Below, one piece after another: positions 28,086 through 37,834 of a DNA stretch of 64,000 nucleotides. Position 1 is the first letter of the stretch. Each line of letters starts with the position of its first letter. The stretch covers positions 8,273 to 72,272 of the forward strand of contig NZ_CAJWCF010000006.1 of NCBI RefSeq assembly GCF_913020055.1. Reading direction: 5' to 3'. The notes under the pieces are model-generated. The model was not told the DNA's origin. It saw only the letters and a list, made by a program, of their open reading frames with translations, and searched no databases. The stretch comes from an uncultured Paraglaciecola sp. GTDB taxonomy: Bacteria > Pseudomonadota > Gammaproteobacteria > Enterobacterales > Alteromonadaceae. The position numbers were made by a program, and so were the translations under genes.

Positions 28086-28193
28086 ATTTCGAATGGCGCG
28101 GGGGGTAAACAGATAGCTTAATTGCTACGCCTACTCGCGCTATCATAATACATATTTACAGCCTTGTTTCCGCGTTCCTAAAGGATTGAATTG

Positions 28194-28502
28194 TTAGGAA
28201 TACTTTGACGAAACTATTTTTCGCAGGCTCTTTTTAATTAATTGTTGCTCAAAATAAAGAGAAACGAGGCCACCAACAAAAATCGAAGCTAACAACAACA
28301 CCCAATACAATGGAGCCTGGATATCTGAAGCGGAAAGAAACAAATTAAACGGGATAACTATAAATGAAAACCCTAGTACTTTTAGAAACTCTCTCAACAG
28401 CTCACTTCTAGACTTCGCTTCCTGAATATATGTATTAACAGTTTCACAAGAAATATCTCCCAACTCAGGGAATGTTTTTCTTATCCATTTTAAATAATTC
28501 AA
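28194..28502 (-). CDS. Hypothetical small membrane protein (two TM segments)
   Basis: 102 aa, TTG start after a GGATAGAG purine-rich stretch, two hydrophobic segments; no family recognised. Confidence 0.6.
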   Translation of the reverse strand: MNYLKWIRKTFPELGDISCETVNTYIQEAKSRSELLREFLKVLGFSFIVIPFNLFLSASDIQAPLYWVLLLASIFVGGLVSLYFEQQLIKKSLRKIVSSKYS

Positions 28503-28540
28503 TTCTCTATCCTTAATTAATTCATATACCTAACAAATTA

Positions 28541-28760
28541 CTAGCTACTACTAACAATCCGATTTCGATCTGTTTTTTACTTGTACTAACCCAATATCGA
28601 CTCGTTTTAGCGCATTAGCATTTTGTCGGCTAATTTAGTCGCTTCTGTTAGCGAGGATTGTGGCAGTTATAGTAGAAATGCTTCATCGTCAAAATGCAAT
28701 ACTGAGTCTAAATTGCGGTAGATGGATTGTATTAGCAAGATATTGATAATAACTCTCTGG
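28541..28760 (-). pseudogene. Decayed duplicate of the 3' half of the GGDEF gene at 29675-30493
   Basis: 28621-28718 aligns ungapped by eye to about 29858-29955 (TTTTGTCGGCTAATTTAGT[C/G]GCTTCTGTTAGCGAGG[A/T]TTGTGG...). It translates RNLDSVLHFDDEAFLL*LPQSSLTEATKLADKM, then after a deletion NALKRVDIGLVQVK and DRNRIVSSS*. Confidence 0.8.
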
Positions 28761-28764
28761 TAAA

Positions 28765-29614
28765 TCACCTTATTAAATTGTCAGTTAAGTTTAAATATCC
28801 CATGCTTTTCATTCGTTCAGCTTCATGAGGCCACCATTTAGTCATAGCCTTAATATATTCAGGAGTATCTTTTATTTCATCAATACGCTCATTGACTTGT
28901 TTGATAATTTTATTACCCCCAAGCATTTTTTGGGCAACCTACATGGCCTAATTGGTATTGAGGTAAGCCCTTAATAGAATACAGATCTAGTTGTTCAAAC
29001 ATTTGAAGGTCGTTGACAAAAAAATTAACTTCAAACGGATATGCAAGGGCCATATCAGTGCGTTTTTTGAGAAGCATTTTTAATATCGTTTGATTTCCAG
29101 CAGTAACAATCCGTTGGATATTACCTGTTTCTAATTGGCTTAAAATGTCATCGATAAAAAGTCCGTATGACCTTTCTTTAATTAAAAGTATCGAATATTT
29201 TTTATTAATCAGAGCCAATAAATCGATACTTTCATTTTGATTAATATCAGGAATGAAACCTTTTCGAGTAATTAACCTTAAAGTAGGCGTAAGCTCTACT
29301 GGTTTTGAAAAAGCAATAAACTCTTCTCTTTGTTTGGTTTTAATTAAAGTGGGATAACAAGACTTTTCTTCTTGTTTTAAGTTATATAGGATCCTTGCGC
29401 CTGTTGCAGTTTCAAATCTATGTTCATAATCAGTTAAACCTTCGATTATTTGCTCTAGTATCAACTGTATATAGCCCTGCCCTTTACAAGGCCCTTCATG
29501 AATAAAAACAGGAGGGGTATTGGTTTCGTACCAAGTAATACTATTCTTGCTCCAGCTGGAAAAGCTGAAAATTGTAAGAATGAAATAGAATACCAGTTGA
29601 AAAACCTTGTTCAT
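28765..29614 (-). pseudogene. TIGR02285-like periplasmic binding protein, frameshifted at a G5 tract (or a sequencing error)
   Basis: The ORF stops at ...GCPKNAWG* (28913). Removing one C from CCCCC at 28916-28920 restores WGNKIIKQVNERIDEIKDTPEYIKAMTKWW...NLIR* (282 aa), resembling the family C-terminus. Confidence 0.72.
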
Positions 29615-29674
29615 TTAATGACCTTCGGTTATTAGTTTTACACAGTATGGCTAATAAAAATTAAGCATGGGAAC

Positions 29675-30493
29675 CTAACCCACTATTACACGGTCTCGCC
29701 CCTGCGCCTTAGCCTCTGCTAACCCAAGTTCCGCTCGTTTCAGCGTACTTTCAATATTAACTTCTTGTTTCTGCCATTGCGCTACGCCGCCGCTGGCGGT
29801 GATTTCTACAATCAGTTTATCTGAAAACGTAGGCGCGTTGGCAATTTTGTTGCGGATTTTGTCGGCTAATTTAGTGGCTTCTGTTAGCGAGGTTTGTGGT
29901 AGTAATAACAGAAACGCTTTGCCATCAAAACGAAACACTGAATCTGAATCTCGGCAATTTGTTTGAATTGTATTGGCGACATTCTGAATCACTTGGTCAC
30001 CCAATTCTTGTCCATACTGCTGGTTAATGGATTTAAAGTGGTCGATATCAAAACTGATGACAGACAAATCAGAATTGTAACGTTTACTGATGGCTACCGA
30101 TTGTTCTGCGAGTACATTAAAAGACCGGCGATTAAGCAGATTGGTCAGATAATCATGATTGGCATGTTGTATGTCTTTACTGTCTTGGCCAGTCTTGGCA
30201 GTTATGGCTCGAATAATGATAAGCACATTAATGAGAACGCTGAGTATGATAATAGTCAGTATTAATTGCTGAGTGGCACGTAACGGTTGTTTAATTTGGT
30301 CGTAATCAACTTTAATTTGTGACTCACTTACACTAACTGGGCTGGCAGAATAAGGTTGTTCAGCGATGAGTTTATCTAGCGAAAAATACACCATAATTGA
30401 CAAGCTAGTCATTAACGTAAGTGAAATAACATAAGTTAAAGTCATGCTACGCGCTGAGTTGACTGTCTGTTTAATATTCAATGGGTTATCCAT
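29675..30493 (-). CDS. Membrane-anchored degenerate GGDEF-domain protein
   Basis: Two TM segments, DYLTNLLNRR, FDIDHFKSINQQYG. Active-site motif reads DGKAF; RDSD (RxxD) lies five residues upstream. Confidence 0.88.
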   Translation of the reverse strand: MDNPLNIKQTVNSARSMTLTYVISLTLMTSLSIMVYFSLDKLIAEQPYSASPVSVSESQIKVDYDQIKQPLRATQQLILTIIILSVLINVLIIIRAITAKTGQDSKDIQHANHDYLTNLLNRRSFNVLAEQSVAISKRYNSDLSVISFDIDHFKSINQQYGQELGDQVIQNVANTIQTNCRDSDSVFRFDGKAFLLLLPQTSLTEATKLADKIRNKIANAPTFSDKLIVEITASGGVAQWQKQEVNIESTLKRAELGLAEAKAQGRDRVIVG

Positions 30494-30599
30494 TTTAGTA
30501 GCCAATAATAAGCATTCCATCCGTTAGGTAGAAATCATACTCACTTTTATTCAAATGCGCATATGATATTGTGGATAAATAATTAATAAGGAGAAGCAA

Positions 30600-31346
30600 A
30601 TGGCACAGTGGTTAGATGCAAAAGTAGTGAGCAGAACGGATTGGAATGATCATTTGTTTAGTTTGCGTTTTTCGTGTGAAAACTTTCCTCGGTTTAAGGC
30701 GGGACAGTTCACTAAGGTAGGAGTTGAACAAGATGACAAAATATTATCTCGACCCTATTCATTAGTGAGTGGGCCTAATGATAATGAGTTGGAGATTATT
30801 GCTGTACCTGTTGAAGATGGTTTGTTGTCTCCTAAGTTACACACTTTACAAATTGGCGACTGTTTAAAAATCATGTCTCCCGCAACTGGTTTTTTAGTGC
30901 TGGATGAAGTACCTAAAAGTCGGGATTTATGGCTAATGGCTACAGGCACTGGAGTAGGGCCTTTTTTGTCTATTTTAGCTACTGATGAAGCTTGGCAAAG
31001 TTATGACAATATTATTTTAGTATACGGTGCACGTTATCAGCACGATTTAGCCTATATGCCATTAATTGAAGATTGGTTGAAACGTTACTCCGATAGATTT
31101 CATTTTGTGCCAATTGTTAGTCGAGAGAATAAGGATGACGCATTGCATGGGCGAATTCCAACCTTGCTTAAAACATTATCTATTCAGCAGCATGTTGGCT
31201 TAGATATTCACCCATCACATAGCCAAGTAATGTTATGTGGAAACCCAGACATGATAGAAGATGCGACGCAAACATTAATTGAATTAGGCTTAGCTAAACA
31301 CCTTAGGCGGTCTCCGGGTCAAATATCATTAGAGCGGTATTGGTAG
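30600..31346 (+). CDS. fpr: Ferredoxin (flavodoxin)--NADP+ reductase
   Basis: FKAGQFTK, RPYSLVS, ATGTGVGPFLS, MLCGNPDMI, C-terminal ERYW. Confidence 0.93.
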   Translation: MAQWLDAKVVSRTDWNDHLFSLRFSCENFPRFKAGQFTKVGVEQDDKILSRPYSLVSGPNDNELEIIAVPVEDGLLSPKLHTLQIGDCLKIMSPATGFLVLDEVPKSRDLWLMATGTGVGPFLSILATDEAWQSYDNIILVYGARYQHDLAYMPLIEDWLKRYSDRFHFVPIVSRENKDDALHGRIPTLLKTLSIQQHVGLDIHPSHSQVMLCGNPDMIEDATQTLIELGLAKHLRRSPGQISLERYW

Positions 31347-31439
31347 CACTAAAGGAATAAGCTATAGGTGATGAGAGAAAACAGTGCAGAGTAAGTTAAA
31401 ACCGTAAAGCTACGGTAGTGAGTTTGAATATTGTTATTG

Positions 31440-32663
31440 TCAGTGGATAGCAGACATTCTCTCATCAGCCCAAATTATTGCGTCTTGAAATAACAAGCCT
31501 GATTGTTCACGATCTACTTCTATTTTTTGGCAAAAACGTTCAATGTTTTGCCAATCTGCTTTTTCAAATAACTCACATAGTTTTAAAAAGTTAGCTGATT
31601 CTCCCTTTCGACTAATAATTGCATTTTTTATATCATCGTGCAGCGGCAATTTGTCCATAAGTTCTTGGATGTCGCCGTCTACCATGGCGTCGATTAAAGA
31701 TAATAAGCCGATTAGAAAAGCAGAAGACTGGGAATGAGAAGGTAAGGCCGCTTTTACCATCAATTCGCAAAAACGCCCTCTAGCCAAGGCCATGACAGTT
31801 AATTGTTTGGGTTTTCCCACTGAAAATTGTGCGGTAAACAACAAACAAATAAATCGTCTTAACTCGTCTATACCTAATACTAGTAAGGCTTGTTTAATGC
31901 TCTGTATGGTGGTGTTGCGCTTGAAGATTGGAGATTGTACATAACGTAGTAATTTAAAAGACAGGTTGACCTCATCCTCGAATATGGAAGTGATCTTTTT
32001 AATATCCAGTTCGCCTTTATTGATTTCGGACATCAAGTTAATCACTGAAACTTGAGAAGGGTTAAATGCCACTGTTTTAATCACTTCTGGGCGACTAAAA
32101 AAGTAACCTTGAAAATACTCACAACCTATACCTAAGGCGTGTTGAAATTCAGAGTAAGTTTCGATTTTTTCAGCCAATAACTTTATATCAGGGTAGGAAC
32201 TTAAGGCCGCTATAATTTCTTGAAACTGCGGTTCGGAGGTTAAGCTATAGTCGAGCTTGATAATATCCACATAGGAAAAAAATTGTTTCCATGCTGAATC
32301 ATGCTCGTAATCATCCAGAGCAATGGAATACCCTTTTTCTTTCAAATTAATACATGCAGCAAGAAGTTTGTTATTAGGTTTGGCTGTTTCGAGCACTTCA
32401 ACCATAATTTTCTCTTTGTCCAATAACAAAGGATAGCCGTTTACTAGCGAGTCATGGGTAAAGTTGATAAAAGCTAAGGTGCCTTGGGTTAAACTTTCTA
32501 AGCCTAAATTAAATTCCAAACCTTCAATAATTTTGGCGGTAGCTTCATCATCATTTATATTTTGCGGAAATACATTGTCTAGGCTGTCACGAAGCAATAA
32601 CTCATAGGCAAATAGATTTTTGTTTTTGTCAAAAATAGGCTGGCGTGCAACATAAAAATTCAT
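31440..32663 (-). CDS. EAL + HDOD domain protein (YuxH/PdeH/CdgJ-like)
   Basis: YVARQPIFD, AYELLLRD, IALDDY, LLAEKIET, FQGYFFSRP, C-terminal AFLIGLLSLIDAM. Confidence 0.9.
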   Translation of the reverse strand: MNFYVARQPIFDKNKNLFAYELLLRDSLDNVFPQNINDDEATAKIIEGLEFNLGLESLTQGTLAFINFTHDSLVNGYPLLLDKEKIMVEVLETAKPNNKLLAACINLKEKGYSIALDDYEHDSAWKQFFSYVDIIKLDYSLTSEPQFQEIIAALSSYPDIKLLAEKIETYSEFQHALGIGCEYFQGYFFSRPEVIKTVAFNPSQVSVINLMSEINKGELDIKKITSIFEDEVNLSFKLLRYVQSPIFKRNTTIQSIKQALLVLGIDELRRFICLLFTAQFSVGKPKQLTVMALARGRFCELMVKAALPSHSQSSAFLIGLLSLIDAMVDGDIQELMDKLPLHDDIKNAIISRKGESANFLKLCELFEKADWQNIERFCQKIEVDREQSGLLFQDAIIWADERMSAIH

Positions 32664-32834
32664 AGTGATATCTTCCGGTTGATATTACAAATCGTAACAC
32701 TGACCCGAACATTTTGATGGGACTAATTTCTATGCTGTTAGAAACGTAAAAATGTTTGAGTATTTATTAAGCCTGCAACAATAAGCCTTGCGTAACAAGA
32801 AAAAAAGCCTTAGATACATTTATTTTCTGAATGA

Positions 32835-34226
32835 CTAATTGTTGATTTGACCAAACCAATTCAGTTTTTTATGCAAACTTACCACCGAGCCTACAATGAT
32901 CAGTGCTGGTGGTTTGATTTGTGCGATTTCAGCTTTTTGTTGAATATCTTGCAAGGTGCCTGTTACTACTTTTTGTTGTGAAGTCGTCGCCGATTCCACC
33001 ATAGCAATGAGCGTTGTGCCAGCTAGACCATGTTTGACTAATTGCTCGCAAATAATAGGTAAACCGGTTAAACCCATATAGAACACTATGGTTTGGTCTG
33101 GCTGGGCTAATCCTTGCCAATTGAGGTTAATACTGTTGTCTTGTAAGTGTCCTGTGGCAAATACCACTGACTTGGCGTGATCTCTATGTGTTAGCGGAAT
33201 GCCGGCATAACTGGCTGCGCCGCTGGCTGCTGTAATGCCGGGAACGACTTGAAAATTCACACCATGTTCGATGAGTGTTTCGAGTTCTTCACCTCCTCGG
33301 CCAAAAATAAAAGGGTCTCCACCTTTTAGTCGAACCACGCGATTACCCGCTAACGCTTCTTTTGCCAATAACTCATTGATTTGGTCTTGTGGTACAGTGT
33401 GCTTGCTTTTCGCTTTGCCCACGTAGATTTTTTCTGCATCACGTCTAACCAGTTCTAGGATTTCTGGCGACACCAAACGGTCATACACTACCACATCGGC
33501 TTTTTGCATTAAGCGTAAGGCTCTAAACGTCAATAAATCTGGATCGCCTGGGCCTGCACCTACTAAATACACCTCTCCAACTGTTTTGTTGGCATCTTGA
33601 GCATTGAGTTTTTCTAACATTTTTTGCTCAGCGAGTTGTTCGTTACCTTGTAAGACGTTTTCGGCAATATCGCCATCGAGTACGTCTTCCCAGAAATAGC
33701 GGCGCTCAGTAACAGACTTAAATCGTTTCTTTACTGAATCTCTAAATTTTTCAGAGAACTGCCCTAATAAACTTACTTTTGTTGGGATCACTGACTCGAG
33801 TTTTTGCCTTAAATATCGCAGTAAAACTGGCGCGACACCACCACTGCTTATGGCAATGATGATAGGTGAACGATCAACAATCGAAGGAGTAATAAATTGA
33901 CAAAGTGGGGTGTTGTCTACCACATTGACCAAAATCTTTTGAGCACGTGCCTGATCGTGAATTTGTGCGTTTAATTCACTGTTATCGGTAGCAACAAACA
34001 CAATTTGTTGGTTGGTCAGATCTGACTCAGAGTAAGGTCTGACAATAAGTTGGATCTTTTTTTGTTCTGCAAATCGTTGTACGGTATCGCACACCAAAGG
34101 GGCGACTACTGTGATGTGTGCAGATGTTTTTAACAGTAATTCCACTTTACGTGCAGCTACTTCTCCGGCGCCTACAACTAAACAAGTTAAGTCAGTGGTA
34201 TCTAAAAATATCGGGAAATATTGCAT
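32835..34226 (-). CDS. cysG: Siroheme synthase (precorrin-2 dehydrogenase/ferrochelatase + uroporphyrinogen-III methyltransferase)
   Basis: VVGAGEVAARK, VNVVDNTPLC, VGAGPGDPDLLT, RLKGGDPFIFGRGGEE. Confidence 0.96.
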   Translation of the reverse strand: MQYFPIFLDTTDLTCLVVGAGEVAARKVELLLKTSAHITVVAPLVCDTVQRFAEQKKIQLIVRPYSESDLTNQQIVFVATDNSELNAQIHDQARAQKILVNVVDNTPLCQFITPSIVDRSPIIIAISSGGVAPVLLRYLRQKLESVIPTKVSLLGQFSEKFRDSVKKRFKSVTERRYFWEDVLDGDIAENVLQGNEQLAEQKMLEKLNAQDANKTVGEVYLVGAGPGDPDLLTFRALRLMQKADVVVYDRLVSPEILELVRRDAEKIYVGKAKSKHTVPQDQINELLAKEALAGNRVVRLKGGDPFIFGRGGEELETLIEHGVNFQVVPGITAASGAASYAGIPLTHRDHAKSVVFATGHLQDNSINLNWQGLAQPDQTIVFYMGLTGLPIICEQLVKHGLAGTTLIAMVESATTSQQKVVTGTLQDIQQKAEIAQIKPPALIIVGSVVSLHKKLNWFGQINN

Positions 34227-34349
34227 GTGTTAATACTCGTGAAAAAGACGTGTTCAGTGTGCCCTTTTAGACTAAAAGTGAAAACCAATTAAAACAGAAT
34301 TGATATTCCATTAGGTTATTAAAAAGGTGTTTTTTTTAGGTTTGCACAC

Positions 34350-34375
34350 AAAAAAAAGGGGCTATGCAGCCCCTT
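34350..34375 (-). terminator. Intrinsic terminator after deaD
   Basis: AAGGGGCT-N4-AGCCCCTT with an A tract on the left (T tract on the minus strand). Confidence 0.85.
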
Positions 34376-34398
34376 GTTAATTTTTGTAAGCTCGAAGC

Positions 34399-36141
34399 TT
34401 AGTCGCGGTTAGCTGGATTACCGCGTTTTTTGGGCGCTTGTTCTGACCATTCGCGCATTCCTAAACTACGGCCAGCAACCCGAGTCTTTTGCAAGGTCTC
34501 GCGTGTTGCTTTGGGCATGTCTTTAGGTAAATCAACGGTGCTGAAATTATCATAAATTTCGATAGAACCAATATTTTTACTGCTAATGTTTGCTTCATTA
34601 GCGATTGCGCCCACTATGTTGCCAGGCTTGGCTCCATGAGTGTGACCCACTTCTATGCGGTAACGTTGCATACCTTCACTCGGTGGTCCAGATTTGCGCT
34701 CACGTTTAACACGTTCGCCACCACGTTCGTTACGACCACCACGCTCTCTAGGGGCACGATCGTTTCTGTCGTTTCGGTCATTTCTAGGTGGTCTAGCATT
34801 TAAATCAGGGCGGTCGCTTTCTTTAAGAATTAGCGGCTCATCACCTTGTGCGATTTTGGCTAATGCCGCCATGATCACTTCAGGTGCAGCTTCTGTTTCT
34901 GCTTGAATTGACTCAACGATAGGTATGAGTGTTTCAATAGATGAATCACCCATTGCTTCAATCACACTATTTTTGAAACGAGACAAGCGTGTTTCGTTTA
35001 ATTCTGAGATTGATGGGATAGTCATCGCATCAATTGTTTGCCTAGTGGCGCGCTCAATAGAAAACAACATACGTTTTTCACGATGTGAGATAAATAATAT
35101 CGCATCACCTTGACGTCCTGCACGTCCGGTACGGCCAATACGGTGAACATATGATTCTGTATCGTAAGGTACGTCAAAGTTGATAACGTGACTTACACGC
35201 TCAACATCCAGTCCACGAGCCACTACATCGGTAGCGACTAGAATGTCGATTTTGCCTTTCTTCAAGCGGTCTACGGTGCGTTCGCGCGAGTTTTGTGGAA
35301 TGTCACCATTAAGCGGTTCAACTGCATAACCTCTTGCAGATAACTTTTCAGCTAATTCCATAGTGGCAGTTTTAGTACGTACAAAGATGATTACACCATC
35401 AAACACTTCAACTTCCATTATGCGCGTCAGGGCTTCCAATTTATGGTGCCCAGCTACTTGCACATAACGCTGGCGAATAGTGCTGGCAGTGGTGACTTTG
35501 GATTCAATTTTGACTGACTTAGGGTCATTCAAATAACGTTTGGTTATTTTACGAATTGGGTCTGGCATCGTTGCTGAAAACAAAGCCGTTTGACGTTCTT
35601 TAGGAGCGTGGCCCAAAATCCATTCTACGTCGTCGATAAAACCCATACGTAACATTTCGTCGGCTTCATCTAGTACTAAAAACTTCAACTTATCGAGTTT
35701 AAGTGTGCCTTTTTTAATATGGTCAATTACACGCCCAGGTGTACCAACAACCACTTGCGTGCCACGTCTTAGTTGGCGAATTTGGTTGTCGTAAGACGAA
35801 CCACCATAAATAGGTAGTACGTTAATTTTTTTAGAAAAGCTGGCATAAACCTGAAAAGCTTCAGCTACTTGAATGGCCAATTCCCTTGTAGGGGCTAAAA
35901 CCAATAGTTGAGTATTTTTTTCGTCAGGATCAATGTTAGCTAACATAGGTAAAGCAAAAGCAGCGGTTTTACCGGTACCAGTTTGCGCCGTGCCTAATAA
36001 ATCGTGGCCATCAATAATAAGTGGAATACACTCTGCTTGAATAGGTGTTGGTTTTTCGTAGCCGACTTTGTCCAATGCTTGCAGCAGTTCTTCGGGTAGG
36101 TTTAAATCTCTAAATGTTATTTCAGATGTGGTGGTAGTCAT
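34399..36141 (-). CDS. deaD: DEAD-box RNA helicase DeaD/CsdA
   Basis: Q motif, AQTGTGKT, PTRELA, DEAD, SAT, HRIGRTGR; C-terminal DbpA RNA-binding domain (RYRIEVG...KPGNIVGAIANE). Confidence 0.92.
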   Translation of the reverse strand: MTTTTSEITFRDLNLPEELLQALDKVGYEKPTPIQAECIPLIIDGHDLLGTAQTGTGKTAAFALPMLANIDPDEKNTQLLVLAPTRELAIQVAEAFQVYASFSKKINVLPIYGGSSYDNQIRQLRRGTQVVVGTPGRVIDHIKKGTLKLDKLKFLVLDEADEMLRMGFIDDVEWILGHAPKERQTALFSATMPDPIRKITKRYLNDPKSVKIESKVTTASTIRQRYVQVAGHHKLEALTRIMEVEVFDGVIIFVRTKTATMELAEKLSARGYAVEPLNGDIPQNSRERTVDRLKKGKIDILVATDVVARGLDVERVSHVINFDVPYDTESYVHRIGRTGRAGRQGDAILFISHREKRMLFSIERATRQTIDAMTIPSISELNETRLSRFKNSVIEAMGDSSIETLIPIVESIQAETEAAPEVIMAALAKIAQGDEPLILKESDRPDLNARPPRNDRNDRNDRAPRERGGRNERGGERVKRERKSGPPSEGMQRYRIEVGHTHGAKPGNIVGAIANEANISSKNIGSIEIYDNFSTVDLPKDMPKATRETLQKTRVAGRSLGMREWSEQAPKKRGNPANRD

Positions 36142-36179
36142 CAATATTCCCAGGGTACAGGCAGGCACAGCATTATTTG

Positions 36180-36216
36180 AATCGGTAATACAATTTCGAA
36201 AATCGGTAATACAATT
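36180..36216. repeat. Perfect 16-bp direct repeat (21-bp period) in the deaD leader
   Basis: AATCGGTAATACAATT at 36180-36195 and 36201-36216. Confidence 0.9.
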
Positions 36217-36470
36217 ATTTAAGGCGAAGCCGGCACGGTTTCAAAGGTTAAATTATATTCGATATTCACCATTTACTCCATGTAATGCTTTGTTTAATTG
36301 CATTATTTTTGGAAAATGTCATTTTGTAGCAGGTAACTTTATGCTTTATTGTCAATGATGTTGCAAATATGTGTTTTAGTTGTGCTTAACGGTTAACATA
36401 AAGCGAGAAAATTCCTCATTTGGCTAATTTTTGTCGAAAGTAGTTTTTAGAATCAGGATCACAAGCCCCT

Positions 36471-37721
36471 ATGCAGCAAAGTATCAAAAAAGACAGATTT
36501 ATCCCGTTGAGAAAATCAGACTTAATTCAAACTTGTTTAGATGATGGGCGTTTATCCAGTGACCAGCTGAAAGGATTTAAAATTCTTTGTCAGTTGATAG
36601 TGAGTACAATGCATTTTGAATATCATCAAATTCTTGAGGAGTTAAAAGACAGTTACGCACCTTTTGATCCTAATTCAGATACTTTACCTATGACAAAGTT
36701 AACGGATGACATTTTGCTGGCTAAACAAAGTAATTTTACTTTCAGGTTTACCCAAGTTTTAAATGCAGCAAATTTTGAAAAAGTGACAGATCAAGATCTG
36801 CAAGAGGCATTGCAGGAAGAGTCCCTGTTTAAAGTCAGGTTAGCGGTTGAATTTGAAGATTTTGAAGATGTAGTGTTTTATCGACGTGGGGAATACCAAC
36901 AAACTGAAACCATCAGTAAGTTTTGGGGATTGCTCAAACAAAAAATCACTTTCACCAATTACGACAAAGTAGCAGTGTATATTAAGTTTAAAGATGTAAA
37001 TTATTTTGCTCAAAGCAAATCTACTACGGCCAATTTTGAATCGGGTTCCACCATTATTAAACTTTTTCAGAATGTGCCTAAGGCCGATTTGGAAATGTTA
37101 TTTCCGAATAGTCAGGTTCGAATGAGGACTATCGATAAAGCCATAATAGGTGGCTCTGCGTTAGTCGGGGGAACTGTGGTTCTAGTGACTAAACTTGGCG
37201 CTTCTCTAATAGTGTTAGCTGGACTTTTTGGTTTCTGGCTGGGCTTGAGTAATAAAGAAGTGACGATTAATACCCAAGAATTGATCGCTCTGGGTGTAGG
37301 GACAGGAGTGTTAGGTGGTTTTATTTTTAAAGAATGGAGTAAGTTTAAAAACCGTAAGTTACGATTTATGAAAGCGTTAGCAGACAACCTGTACTTTAAA
37401 AATTTAGATAACAACTCAGGGGTCTTTCATCACCTTATTGACTCGGCTGAGGAAGAGGAATGCAAAGAGGCTATATTGGCTTATTACTTTCTTATTACTC
37501 AGGAAGGACCAATGGCAATGCAGCAGTTAGACGAAAAAATAGAATTGTGGTTTAAGAAAAAATTCGATTTTGAAATTGATTTTGAAATTACCGATGCTTT
37601 ATCCAAATTGCAGCGATTTGGTATCGTCAAATTAACTGATGGGCAATACACTGCATTGCCTATAAAAACCGCACAAGTCAAACTGGATGCTCAGTGGGAT
37701 GCATTATTTAATTTTTCCTAA
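36471..37721 (+). CDS. DUF3754 / TMEM143-family protein
   Basis: RFIPLRKSDL, LKDSYAPFDP, IKLFQNVPKADLEMLFP, two TM segments, LYFKNLDNNSGVFHHLIDSAEEEECKEAILAY. Confidence 0.82.
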   Translation: MQQSIKKDRFIPLRKSDLIQTCLDDGRLSSDQLKGFKILCQLIVSTMHFEYHQILEELKDSYAPFDPNSDTLPMTKLTDDILLAKQSNFTFRFTQVLNAANFEKVTDQDLQEALQEESLFKVRLAVEFEDFEDVVFYRRGEYQQTETISKFWGLLKQKITFTNYDKVAVYIKFKDVNYFAQSKSTTANFESGSTIIKLFQNVPKADLEMLFPNSQVRMRTIDKAIIGGSALVGGTVVLVTKLGASLIVLAGLFGFWLGLSNKEVTINTQELIALGVGTGVLGGFIFKEWSKFKNRKLRFMKALADNLYFKNLDNNSGVFHHLIDSAEEEECKEAILAYYFLITQEGPMAMQQLDEKIELWFKKKFDFEIDFEITDALSKLQRFGIVKLTDGQYTALPIKTAQVKLDAQWDALFNFS

Positions 37722-37834
37722 GCGCTATTTGTAAAGTGACTATCAGCAGCTAATTAAATTGTTAGTGCTGGTCGCATAAGGTAAAAGCGCATGTCATTAT
37801 GGCTACATAGGTATTTATACAAGGGACAATCAAA

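Noticed and set aside
21033-32712. Shared 12-mer TGACCCGAACAT at 21033-21044 and 32701-32712
   Set aside because: About one such match is expected by chance among several kb of intergenic DNA, and the contexts differ.
32664-32834. Possible c-di-GMP riboswitch upstream of the EAL-HDOD gene
   Set aside because: No GEMM-I (GGCAAAC...GAAA...GACGCAAAGC) or GEMM-II core visible by eye; an Infernal search would be decisive.
34740-34800. Short tandem repeats in deaD
   Set aside because: They encode the ordinary RNDRNDRNDR low-complexity linker of DeaD.
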